Assembly (NCBI GenBank): GCA_964343875.1
Contig: CAYFJW010000002.1
Coordinates: 73,246 to 137,245 of the forward strand
DNA length: 64,000 nucleotides
From: Candidatus Woesearchaeota archaeon
GTDB lineage: Archaea; Nanobdellota; Nanobdellia; SCGC-AAA011-G17; UBA489
Direction of reading: 5' to 3'
Shown one piece after another: positions 10,151 through 19,153 of this stretch. The position numbers and the translations under genes are program-made. Position 1 is the first letter of the stretch; the number at the start of each line of letters is the position of its first letter. The notes under the pieces are model-generated. The model was not told where the DNA came from. It did no database searches and worked only from the letters and a program-made list of their open reading frames with translations.

Positions 10151-12025
10151 ATGATTTTCAACACGGATTATTGGAATTCACTAAATAAAAAAGAGAGGGA
10201 AACAGTTAAACTAAACCCTTCACAGCTAGGTTATTCTCTAGGCGGAGATCCATTAAAGAATCTAAGAGCAGGTATTTTTGCAGGTACTAACGACATGGAG
10301 TTAACCTTCTTCAATGCACCCGGAAAAAGCCAACAAAAATCTTCACCGGAAGCATGGACTAAAACAGAAAGACAAGAAATGAAAGAACTCGCAAGAGTCA
10401 ACGAAGTGGATGTTACAATTCACGCAACACCCAACATGGGGGGTGGCGGGGGATCATTCTCAGGATTTACAGGACAAAACTTTTCAGATGAAGCAAGACA
10501 AAAAGCAATCGATGAAATGTCAAGAACCTCAGAATTTGCAGCAGAGGTCGCGGGCGGCGGACCGGTTGTTTTTCACTTAGATGGCTTCCAAAGACCAGTT
10601 TATTCTGCAGGAGTAAAAGAAGGAGCTAAAGAAGGAACTTTTGAAAGTTACAAAGAAGAAAAAAAGAAGGCACCCTTGTTCTTCGTGGACACAAAAACAG
10701 GAAGAATACAACAAATTAGTAGAGAAGATAGCGTATTCCTCCCAGTACCAGTATTAGATGAAAATGGAAAGAGAACAGGCGAATACGAACTAGACGATGA
10801 AGGATTATACTACAAAGTTGAAGCAAAAACCATCGACGACATGGAAGGGGAATTCCAAAAATTAACCAAGGAAGATCAAGACAAATACAAGAATCCTTTC
10901 AACTTTTTCTTTAGCGAAATAAAGAAACCACAGAGCGAGGAATCCTACGCAAGAAGGCATGAATACATGGACTCAGCTAGAAGACTAGGAGACCGAGAAA
11001 AAGATTATGCCAAGATGTTAAAAGAATTTCAAGCCGTGAAAGGCAAGGAAAAATCAGAAGAGATGGTCCATGAAATACTAAAACAAGGACAATTAGAATC
11101 TCAAAGAAGGGGGGAAGCTATCTCCTTGGAAGAGATCAAGCAACTAAACGAAGATCCTGAAAAATACCTAAAAGAAAGAGTAGATTATTACAAACAACAA
11201 AAGAAAATATTCGAAACAGGTGTAATCGGTTACACAAGACAGATTGAAAAAGAAGAAGAAGACATCGCAGCATACGAGGAAATCAGTAATTATGGTGTTG
11301 ACAAAGAAGCGGACACAATTGCACAAGCAGCGATGAATGCATTAGAAATTGAAAAAAAGAAAAAATTAGACAAACCACTGTACGTCGCCCCAGAAAATTG
11401 GGCAGTTGAAATGTATGGTTCCCATCCAAAAGAGTATAGGGAAGTAATTTCTAAATCAAGAGATAAGATGGTTGAATATCTGCAAAGACAAAATGCAGGC
11501 ATGAGTAATCAACAAGCAGCAAAGATCGCAGAAGAACACATCAAAGGAACATTTGATATCGGCCACTTAAATATGTGGAAGAAATACTTCAAAGCAAAAC
11601 CTGGTGAAGACAAAGACAAGGGTTTTGCAAAATGGATGGATCAAAATGTTAGAGGCCTAGTTAAAGATGGAATAATAGGCCATGTTCACTTATCAGATAA
11701 CTTCGGTTATCACGACGAGCATATTGAAATAGGGGAAGGTAACACTCCAATCCAAGAATTCTTCAAAATACTAAAAGAAGAAGATTACAAGGGAAAGATG
11801 ATCGCAGAACCGGGTGGACAAAGAGAAAAACAAATGCACAGAGCATGGACCTCGGCCCTAATGGCAGGTAGATCTCCAATTTACAGAATTGATGCAGCCT
11901 CCAAAACATGGACGGATATCACAGGTTCTTATTTTGGAAGGACACAATCACCAAGCTTCATTGTAGGAAGTTACGCCCCATCAAAAGACGATTGGACACT
12001 TTGGTCAGAAGTACCATTAGAGTAA
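10151..12025 (+). CDS. Xylose isomerase/endonuclease IV-like TIM-barrel metalloprotein with a large helical insertion
   Basis: Metal-ligand motifs TIHA, VVFH, APEN, TFDIGH, HVHLSDN..HDEH, IAE; ~250-aa charged insert between VVFH and PEN. Confidence 0.75.
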   Translation: MIFNTDYWNSLNKKERETVKLNPSQLGYSLGGDPLKNLRAGIFAGTNDMELTFFNAPGKSQQKSSPEAWTKTERQEMKELARVNEVDVTIHATPNMGGGGGSFSGFTGQNFSDEARQKAIDEMSRTSEFAAEVAGGGPVVFHLDGFQRPVYSAGVKEGAKEGTFESYKEEKKKAPLFFVDTKTGRIQQISREDSVFLPVPVLDENGKRTGEYELDDEGLYYKVEAKTIDDMEGEFQKLTKEDQDKYKNPFNFFFSEIKKPQSEESYARRHEYMDSARRLGDREKDYAKMLKEFQAVKGKEKSEEMVHEILKQGQLESQRRGEAISLEEIKQLNEDPEKYLKERVDYYKQQKKIFETGVIGYTRQIEKEEEDIAAYEEISNYGVDKEADTIAQAAMNALEIEKKKKLDKPLYVAPENWAVEMYGSHPKEYREVISKSRDKMVEYLQRQNAGMSNQQAAKIAEEHIKGTFDIGHLNMWKKYFKAKPGEDKDKGFAKWMDQNVRGLVKDGIIGHVHLSDNFGYHDEHIEIGEGNTPIQEFFKILKEEDYKGKMIAEPGGQREKQMHRAWTSALMAGRSPIYRIDAASKTWTDITGSYFGRTQSPSFIVGSYAPSKDDWTLWSEVPLE

Positions 12026-12802
12026 TTAAACATAACCTCCCTCGCCACCAAATATAGCTTCCCATGTTTCCTTAAGCCTGTTTTTTCTCTTTTTTAACCA
12101 ATTAACAATCTTCCTATCAACGACCAGGACCCATTCAAACCTTCTCCTAAATCTATTTTTTTTAATTAGTATATTATGCCTAACTTCCTTAAGCCTCTCT
12201 TGCTTTTCTTCCTCCTTCTCCTCTAAATACTTCTCAGCAGATTCCGAAGGGGGGACAAGCGCCCTCACTATCCTAAAGAAAACTATTACTAGTAAGAATA
12301 TAAATATCGAAGCATACAATGTAACCAAATCAAACTCTATACTGCTATAGACCAAAACCACACCAATAAACGAAATAACATTAATGAATATTGAACTACT
12401 CATTAAAAAAGAGAACCTCTCGTCAATTGAATGGAAGAAATCTATAAACATCAAACTTAAAGCAACCAGCCCCAATATCAAAACAAACAGTGTCTTGTAG
12501 TAAGCCGTGCCCCCTGAATTATAAAATGCATCCAACCCATACTGCTCATAAACATAAGTCCCTAAGTGAGCAGTAACGAACAACAACACTATGCAATTAG
12601 CATAGGCTGTATTCCATCCAATCTGCTCATCCTTATTTCTTCCAAAATAAAGTTGAACTAAAAACAAAGTAATGATCAAAGGAATTAATATCACAAGAGT
12701 CTCTTTCTTCTGTATGGTAATAAAGATCATCTCTAGAAAACGAGGGAAGATATCTCCTAGGAAATAATCCTTAGCAAATATCAAATAATCCATAAATGTC
12801 AT
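12026..12802 (-). CDS. Hypothetical multi-pass membrane protein
   Basis: About five hydrophobic segments followed by a charged tail. Confidence 0.65.
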   Translation of the reverse strand: MTFMDYLIFAKDYFLGDIFPRFLEMIFITIQKKETLVILIPLIITLFLVQLYFGRNKDEQIGWNTAYANCIVLLFVTAHLGTYVYEQYGLDAFYNSGGTAYYKTLFVLILGLVALSLMFIDFFHSIDERFSFLMSSSIFINVISFIGVVLVYSSIEFDLVTLYASIFIFLLVIVFFRIVRALVPPSESAEKYLEEKEEEKQERLKEVRHNILIKKNRFRRRFEWVLVVDRKIVNWLKKRKNRLKETWEAIFGGEGGYV

Positions 12803-12896
12803 GGTACACCCCTCTAAAAAGTCAAATCTACCATTACTTATAAATATTTTTGTTTAAGGTTAATTTTAAATACCAAAAAGAGCAGAAATACACTAG

Positions 12897-13400
12897 ATGA
12901 ATCAAAAAAAGCTAGGTGCAACCATTCTTGTATTTTCCATTCTGATTGGATTAGTTCTAATAAATTTCATAGTTGACACTAAAGATTCTTCTGATTCAGC
13001 AGGATGTTTCCAAACTGAAGAGTGTTCCCAAGCATCATTCGTATTAACTTCATCTCACTTAGGAATTGGTATTATCTTTGCATTATTCTCTCTAGCATTC
13101 TACCTCTTAGTATTTAGTCGAGGAGAAGAATTCTGGTTAAAAAAACTTGAACAACAAAGACAAGATCTCTCAAGTGATGAAAAATGGAAGATAGTTGAAC
13201 TAATGCTAGATGAAAATGAACTAAAGGTAATAAAGGCAGTAAAGGATCAACCGGGAATAACCCAATTTACATTAAGATTAAGGACAGATTTATCCAAGTC
13301 AAAGCTAAGCGATATACTATCCAGGTTTGAAAAGAGAGGAATCGTTGAAAGAAAAGCAAGAGGAAAAACACTTTCTGTCTATCTAAAAAGCGCAATTTAA
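12897..13400 (+). CDS. Membrane-anchored winged-helix (MarR-like) regulator
   Basis: Two TM segments flanking a loop with C-x5-C; C-terminal wHTH (ITQFTL...LSKSKLSDILSRFEKRGIVER). Confidence 0.75.
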   Translation: MNQKKLGATILVFSILIGLVLINFIVDTKDSSDSAGCFQTEECSQASFVLTSSHLGIGIIFALFSLAFYLLVFSRGEEFWLKKLEQQRQDLSSDEKWKIVELMLDENELKVIKAVKDQPGITQFTLRLRTDLSKSKLSDILSRFEKRGIVERKARGKTLSVYLKSAI

Positions 13401-13542
13401 TCCCAAAGAACGGAAAGGAACTTAAATCACCCTTATTTAACAGAAACAACCATATTAACAGTAACAGTTCTAACACATAAGTATTAATAAACAAAAACTA
13501 ACAAATTTCACACTAATCTCAAGAGAGATAGGAGATATAAAC

Positions 13543-14271
13543 ATGAAAAAAAACAGAGGTAAGAACGTTAAGATTGAATTTAACGAATTAACCTTATGGA
13601 AATTAGGTACAATAATTTTCGGTATTCTCTTTGTTTTAACATACTTCGGTGGTAACGGCGATTCTGTTTCAGATGACTTCAGAGCAGAAGCTCCTACAGC
13701 ACCACAAGCAGCTCCTTCAGCCCCATCTCCAGTAGCAGATGTAGATGTTGGTGATGCTTATGTAAAAGGCGATAAGAATGCAAAAGTCACAATCATAGAA
13801 TATTCTGATTTTGAATGTCCTTTCTGTGGTAGATTCTACACACAAACACTGGGCCAGTTAGAAAAAGAATACATCGATACGGGCAAAGTTAAGCTAGCAT
13901 ACAAGCACCTACCATTGCCATTCCATCAGAATGCACAAAAGGCAGGGGAAGCTGCAGAATGTGCAGGAGAGGTTGGCGGTAATGATGGCTTCTGGGATAT
14001 GCACGATGCAATCTTTGATAGCACTGTGGCTCAAAAAGGAATTGCTGTAGCAGACCTAAAGAGAATGGCTGGAGAAATTGGACTTGACCAAGGCAAGTTT
14101 GATTCATGTCTTGACAATGGAGACATGGCAGCGAAGGTTCAAGCACATGCAGCAGAAGCAGCAAAACTAGGTGCAAGCGGAACACCGTCATTCTTCGTGA
14201 ACGGTGTTAAAGTTGTTGGAGCACAACCATTTAGTGTGTTCAAAACAACAATCGATGCAGCGCTAAACTAG
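13543..14271 (+). CDS. dsbA: Membrane-anchored DsbA-family thiol-disulfide oxidoreductase
   Basis: YSDFECPFC active site, GTPSFFVNG cis-Pro loop, N-terminal TM. Confidence 0.9.
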   Translation: MKKNRGKNVKIEFNELTLWKLGTIIFGILFVLTYFGGNGDSVSDDFRAEAPTAPQAAPSAPSPVADVDVGDAYVKGDKNAKVTIIEYSDFECPFCGRFYTQTLGQLEKEYIDTGKVKLAYKHLPLPFHQNAQKAGEAAECAGEVGGNDGFWDMHDAIFDSTVAQKGIAVADLKRMAGEIGLDQGKFDSCLDNGDMAAKVQAHAAEAAKLGASGTPSFFVNGVKVVGAQPFSVFKTTIDAALN

Positions 14272-14301
14272 GGGAAATAAATCCCCTTTTCTTTTATTTT
14301 T

Positions 14302-14868
14302 ATGTCAAGGATTAATCAGGCCTGGAATTCAGTAAGAAAAATACTATCAAAAAGAAAGTATTTCCTAATAACAATACTAGTTGCATTTATATTCTTCTCA
14401 ATAAGCATTTTATCAAAGAACTTTAAATTAATGTTAACACTTCTTAACAAAACAAATCCTTCAAAATACCTAAGTTTAATCCTAGGGTTATACCAAGAAG
14501 GGGTTACAGGAAACCGTCTACACTCTACAATAATTTTAATCACAATCAGCATTTTACTAGGAATAACAATCGCAGTTATGGCCTTCAAAATACACTCAAA
14601 CGGAAAGGTCAAGGGGAATCTTAGCAAAACAGGAACTTTTGGAGCTGTGCTAGGCGTAGCAGTACCTGTTTGTGTACCCTGTGGAATAGGTGTGCTCTCT
14701 CTATTAGGTTTGGGAAGTGTCATCGCATTCCTGCCATACCAAGGCACAGAATTAGGGATACTAAGTATAGTTTTACTTATTTACGCAATAATTTCCCTTG
14801 GATCAAGCATAAGCGAATGCTCTCTTTGTCAGACAAATTTAAATAAGCCAAGTATCCACAAAGAATGA
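14302..14868 (+). CDS. Membrane protein with an intramembrane CxxC
   Basis: Four hydrophobic segments, PVCVPCG motif, C-terminal CSLC; directly downstream of dsbA. Confidence 0.65.
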   Translation: MSRINQAWNSVRKILSKRKYFLITILVAFIFFSISILSKNFKLMLTLLNKTNPSKYLSLILGLYQEGVTGNRLHSTIILITISILLGITIAVMAFKIHSNGKVKGNLSKTGTFGAVLGVAVPVCVPCGIGVLSLLGLGSVIAFLPYQGTELGILSIVLLIYAIISLGSSISECSLCQTNLNKPSIHKE

Positions 14869-15347
14869 TGGGCGGCAATCAAAAAAGTCTAGGGGTCATC
14901 TTAATTGTATTCGCAATACTCCTAATAACAATTGTATCTTCTCTAAAGATCAACCTAGACGAACAAGGTGCATTCCTCTGCGAAATAGTAGAATCAGACC
15001 CGACACTTGACATGGAAGAGTGCCCTGCACACAAAAATAACAGTCCTTCTTGGCTAGTTATGATAGCATTTGGTATTTCATTTTTAATTTTAGCAGCGGG
15101 AGTCTATTTACTTGTTCTACATGAAAAGAAAGGTGGAAAGATGGTCAAAATCTCAAACTTAGAGGAAGATGAAAAAAAAATAGTAGAAGTAATAAAAGAA
15201 AACGACGGCTCTGTATACCAAAGTGATCTAATAAAAGAATTAGATATATCCAAGGTCCAACTAACAAGAACCCTTGATAAACTAGAAAATAAAAAAGTCA
15301 TTGAAAGAAAACGAAGAGGAATGGCTAATCTTGTAGTTCTCAAGTGA
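14865..15347 (+). CDS. Membrane-anchored winged-helix regulator (paralog of 12897-13400)
   Basis: Two TMs with loop LCE...ECPAH; C-terminal VYQSDLIKEL..SKVQLTRTLDKLE...RRGMAN wHTH. Confidence 0.75.
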   Translation: MMGGNQKSLGVILIVFAILLITIVSSLKINLDEQGAFLCEIVESDPTLDMEECPAHKNNSPSWLVMIAFGISFLILAAGVYLLVLHEKKGGKMVKISNLEEDEKKIVEVIKENDGSVYQSDLIKELDISKVQLTRTLDKLENKKVIERKRRGMANLVVLK

Positions 15348-15359
15348 AACTAGTTTCAC
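15344..15359. promoter_or_regulatory. Perfect 16-bp palindrome, putative operator
   Basis: GTGAAACTAGTTTCAC, with half-site AGTTTCAC repeated at ~15376-15383 across a TATA-like GTTATATT. Confidence 0.5.
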
Positions 15360-15414
15360 AGTTATATTGTTAAGCAGTTTCACCGCCATAATTTCTACCA
15401 AAGGCGGTGTTAAA

Positions 15415-16110
15415 ATGAAAGTTTCAAAGAAGAAAAATAAAACTTGCAAAAAGTTTAATGTTTCCCTGAAAACCCTATTAATCATAGCAGTATTAATCTC
15501 ATTATTTAACTTATTCCAAATAAGCATGATTAATAGCCAATTGGGTATTCAAACAAGCTCAACAGCAAGTAATACAATTACGTTTACACAAGGCAGGAGC
15601 GATATAATCCCTACAGGATTTCCAGAAATATGGGGAAAAGAATTAGATTTTAGTTATGATGACATAGATCCAAATGATCAGTCAAGCGCAAACGCTGCGA
15701 TATCCAAACTAAGCGATATAGACAGATCAATCACACTCCCAAGTGACTTGGTCGAAAGATACGTAAAAATACTTTTCAGTGATAATGGAGGAATTTCTTG
15801 TGAGTTCTGTTGTGGAGCAAAATCAATCATATTCGAGAACGGCGACCCGGCATGCGGATGCGCCCATAGTTTTGCAATGAGGGGTTTAACAAAATACTTA
15901 CTAATAAACCACCCAGACATGAGCGATGAAGACATACTAACAGATGTTGGAAAATTAAAGGTCCTTTTCTTCCCGGGAATCCATGAATCCAAAGCAGCAG
16001 TCATGGAACAAAAAGGGATAGACGTTGACTACATCTCATTGACCACAAATGAAAACAGAGGTATTGAGCGAGGCCAAGCCTCTGGTGGTTCAATGGTGGG
16101 AGGTTGTTAA
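15415..16110 (+). CDS. Membrane-anchored Cys-rich protein (PCYCGC-like motifs) ending in MVGGC
   Basis: Start reassigned to ATG 15415 after a GGCGGTG SD-like element; basic N-terminus plus TM; CEFCCG and CGCAHS motifs. Confidence 0.7.
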   Translation: MKVSKKKNKTCKKFNVSLKTLLIIAVLISLFNLFQISMINSQLGIQTSSTASNTITFTQGRSDIIPTGFPEIWGKELDFSYDDIDPNDQSSANAAISKLSDIDRSITLPSDLVERYVKILFSDNGGISCEFCCGAKSIIFENGDPACGCAHSFAMRGLTKYLLINHPDMSDEDILTDVGKLKVLFFPGIHESKAAVMEQKGIDVDYISLTTNENRGIERGQASGGSMVGGC

Positions 16111-16111
16111 G

Positions 16112-16339
16112 ATGACTAGAAAAAAACAAGAAGAAAAAACAAATAACATCCTTATTGGATTAGCAATTGTATTGATTGTATTTTCAACAGTACAAGCTTT
16201 CCAGATTGATGAAATAAAAGATGAACTTGAAGTGTCTAAGATTAGTGGATCAGGTTCTTATTCGGGTAATTCAAGAAGCAATGTTGGAACAAGAACAGCA
16301 GCACCTAAGGCCGCACCAACAATGGTGGGAGGTTGTTGA
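16112..16339 (+). CDS. Small single-TM protein with a low-complexity tail ending in MVGGC
   Basis: ATG 16112 follows GGAGGT; sequence MTRKKQEEKTNNILIGLAIVLIVFSTVQAFQ...APKAAPTMVGGC (75 aa). Confidence 0.7.
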   Translation: MTRKKQEEKTNNILIGLAIVLIVFSTVQAFQIDEIKDELEVSKISGSGSYSGNSRSNVGTRTAAPKAAPTMVGGC

Positions 16340-16341
16340 CT

Positions 16342-16794
16342 ATGAAGAAGATAATCTCCATTACGCTGCTCCTACTAGTGGTCTTACTTGTAGGGTGTCA
16401 ACCAAAGAATAACATAACTGGCGCAGCAGGAATAGAAGTTACTATGTATAAATCACCAACATGTGGCTGTTGCGTAGGCCACGGAGAGGAACTAGGAAAG
16501 AATGGTTTTGCTGTAGAAGCAATCCACATGGAAGATCTGAGTCCAATTAAAGCAAAATACAATATTCCTTATAGCATGCAAAGTTGTCACACTTCAATAA
16601 TAGGAGATTATTTCGTAGAAGGACACGTTCCAATTGAAGCAATAAACAAATTGCTTGAAGAACAACCGGAAATTGATGGAATAGCCCTACCAAGGATGCC
16701 ATCCGGTTCACCTGGAATGCCAGGACCAAAAACAGAAACATGGATTATATATTCATTAACAAATGGAGAATTCAAGGAGTTTATGAGGATATAA
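16342..16794 (+). CDS. DUF411/CopG-like metal-binding lipoprotein
   Basis: Lipobox LLVG-C; YKSPTCGCC, SCHT, EGHVP, MPSGSPGM motifs. Confidence 0.85.
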   Translation: MKKIISITLLLLVVLLVGCQPKNNITGAAGIEVTMYKSPTCGCCVGHGEELGKNGFAVEAIHMEDLSPIKAKYNIPYSMQSCHTSIIGDYFVEGHVPIEAINKLLEEQPEIDGIALPRMPSGSPGMPGPKTETWIIYSLTNGEFKEFMRI

Positions 16795-16795
16795 A

Positions 16796-17230
16796 ATGAA
16801 ACAAGCATTATACCCAATACTAAGTGCAGTGATAATATTTGGAGTGTTAATAACATTCCCACAAATGCATGACATGGACATGGAAATGGGAGAACACAGA
16901 GAAAATTTCATTTCACTAAAGAACACAATACAAGATGGTATGAGATCAAATCACAACTACCGTTGTTGTCTAGAAAAACCATGTACGTATTGCATAGAAA
17001 AAACACCAGGGCATGGAGAAGGTGCAGCCTGCGATTGCCTCAATGACATAATGAATGGAGTCCATCCTTGTGGCGAATGCATCGGTGAAATCCTAGAGGG
17101 TCATGGTAACCAATACCTCTCAGAATATTTTGCTAAAGCAATTTCCGAAGAAGTAGGTGAACAACATACAGACACCCTTAAGCAGATAATACATGAGAAG
17201 TATGGAACGCCCATAGAGGATCAGAAATGA
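16796..17230 (+). CDS. Secreted or anchored Cys/His/Met-rich protein
   Basis: N-terminal TM; MHDMDMEMGEH; CCLEKPCTYC, CDC and CGEC motifs. Confidence 0.65.
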   Translation: MKQALYPILSAVIIFGVLITFPQMHDMDMEMGEHRENFISLKNTIQDGMRSNHNYRCCLEKPCTYCIEKTPGHGEGAACDCLNDIMNGVHPCGECIGEILEGHGNQYLSEYFAKAISEEVGEQHTDTLKQIIHEKYGTPIEDQK

Positions 17231-17595
17231 AATTATTTTTTCTTCCTCTTCTTTTATTTTTAGTTGCTTGTACAACCACAAGTCCAATCAACCTAAATCC
17301 TCCGGAGTTTAAAGACCTAATCTCAGACGAAAGCGTGTTTGTTATTGATGTACACATTCCAGAACAAGAACATATTCCCGGAACAGATGCAGTAATTCCA
17401 TATAATGAAATTGAGAAATATGTAAGTGAACTTCCAAAGAATAAAAGAACCAAAATAGCAATTTATTGTCGTAGTGGCAGCATGAGCGCAGAGTCTTCAC
17501 AAACCCTTGTAAGTATGGGGTACAAAAATGTCTACAATCTAGAAGGTGGAAGAAACGCATATGTCGCTGAGTTTGGAGAAATGGCCAGTAGTTAG
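17227..17595 (+). CDS. Rhodanese-domain lipoprotein
   Basis: Lipobox FLVA-C; IDVH..E..HIPG, CRSGSMS active-site loop, NLEGG. Confidence 0.85.
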   Translation: MKLFFLPLLLFLVACTTTSPINLNPPEFKDLISDESVFVIDVHIPEQEHIPGTDAVIPYNEIEKYVSELPKNKRTKIAIYCRSGSMSAESSQTLVSMGYKNVYNLEGGRNAYVAEFGEMASS

Positions 17596-17679
17596 ATACA
17601 ACCGCCAAACAACACAGTATAGCCCCAAACACAATACTTATATAAATACAATTCTAGTTAGAATTCAAGAGGTGAAGGT

Positions 17680-19152
17680 ATGTCTATCAAAGTTACATTA
17701 AAGAGGGGCTCAACAAGTTCAGTGAGAAGTGGAGACCTATTTTTGCTCCTAACAGAAGAGCAATACAAGAAGATAAAGGCCTCCCCAAAAACAAACCAAG
17801 AAAGAGAAATAGCCTCAAAAATAGTAAAATCACAATTCTCAGGAAAATCAGACCAACAAACTAACCTCCACCTAAAAAACCTCAGACTTCACCTATTTGG
17901 CTTGGGCGATGAAAGAAAACTAACCGTTGAAACAATAAGAAAAACAAGCGGAGCTATCGCTAATTATTCATTGTTCATAAAAATTCCAGATCCAATAATC
18001 TGTGCAGACATTCCAAGGATAGACTCAGCAACTTCAGCAGGAGCAATCACCGACGGAATATTACTAGGCTCATACAGATTTGACAAATACAAAACAGAAG
18101 ACAAGGAATCAATCAAACTAAAAACCTTAACAATACTAACAAATTCAAAAGAAAGAAACATTGCTTCTTCAATAAGAACTTCAAAGATTACATGCAATTC
18201 TGCAAACTACGTAAGAGACTTACAAATGGAAAATGCAGATGTTGCAACACCATTATACTTAGAAAAACAAGCAAGAGATTTAGCTAAAAAACACAAGCTA
18301 AGAATTAAAGTCCTAGGCGAAACAGAACTAAAAAGATTGGGCGCAGGTTTAATTCTAGCAGTCGCAAGGGGTAGCAAATACCCTCCAAGAATGATATTCC
18401 TAGAATATAGGGGAAACCCTAAATCAAAAGATAAAACGGCAATTTTAGGAAAAGGAATCACATTTGATTCTGGCGGACTAAACTTAAAACCAACAAAAAG
18501 CATAGAAACAATGCGTGAAGATATGTCCGGTGCAGCAGCAGTCCTAGGAACAATAAAAGCGGCCGCGGAATTAAAGTTAAAGAAAAACCTAATTGGTGTT
18601 GTTTCCTCCGCAGAAAATGCAATTGGAAAAGCCGCATACAAACCAGGAGATATTTTCAAATCATTATCAGGCAAAACTGTTGAGATAGGAAACACAGATG
18701 CAGAAGGGAGATTGGTTCTTGCAGATGCAATAACATACACAGAAAAGAACTACAAACCGACAAGGATGATAGACATGGCAACATTAACGGGAGCGGTAGT
18801 TGTAGCGCTCGGAGATTACGTCGCAGGAATGTACGGAACCGATAACAAAACAATGTCTTCACTATTCCACGCAGGAGAAAGAACAAACGAGAAGGTATGG
18901 AAACTCCCGCTACACCAAGAGTACATAGATGAAGTAAAGAGCACTACAGCGGATATCAACAACATAAACTATGGGAGAAAAGCAGGTTCAATAATGGGTG
19001 CAGCATTCCTTTCAAAATTCGTAGAAAAAACTCCGTGGACCCACCTAGACATCGCAGGAACTTCCTGGCTAGATGAAGAAAGGGGATATTACCAAGTAGG
19101 CGCAACAGGCTTCGGAGTTAGATTATTAATAAACTATTTGAGGAACAACTAA
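17680..19152 (+). CDS. pepA: Leucyl aminopeptidase (M17)
   Basis: GKGITFDSGG, DMSGAA, NTDAEGRL, HLDIAG. Confidence 0.95.
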   Translation: MSIKVTLKRGSTSSVRSGDLFLLLTEEQYKKIKASPKTNQEREIASKIVKSQFSGKSDQQTNLHLKNLRLHLFGLGDERKLTVETIRKTSGAIANYSLFIKIPDPIICADIPRIDSATSAGAITDGILLGSYRFDKYKTEDKESIKLKTLTILTNSKERNIASSIRTSKITCNSANYVRDLQMENADVATPLYLEKQARDLAKKHKLRIKVLGETELKRLGAGLILAVARGSKYPPRMIFLEYRGNPKSKDKTAILGKGITFDSGGLNLKPTKSIETMREDMSGAAAVLGTIKAAAELKLKKNLIGVVSSAENAIGKAAYKPGDIFKSLSGKTVEIGNTDAEGRLVLADAITYTEKNYKPTRMIDMATLTGAVVVALGDYVAGMYGTDNKTMSSLFHAGERTNEKVWKLPLHQEYIDEVKSTTADINNINYGRKAGSIMGAAFLSKFVEKTPWTHLDIAGTSWLDEERGYYQVGATGFGVRLLINYLRNN

Positions 19153-19153
19153 A

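Noticed and set aside
15367..16341. ORF-track starts at 15367, 16049 and 16333
   Set aside because: Downstream ATGs at 15415, 16112 and 16342 have SD-like elements and give proper signal or anchor sequences without long overlaps.
16334..16345. Gly-Cys-UGA as a possible selenocysteine motif like thioredoxin reductase GCUG
   Set aside because: The sister MVGGC gene ends in UAA, another UGA follows two codons later, and no SECIS or Sec machinery is seen.
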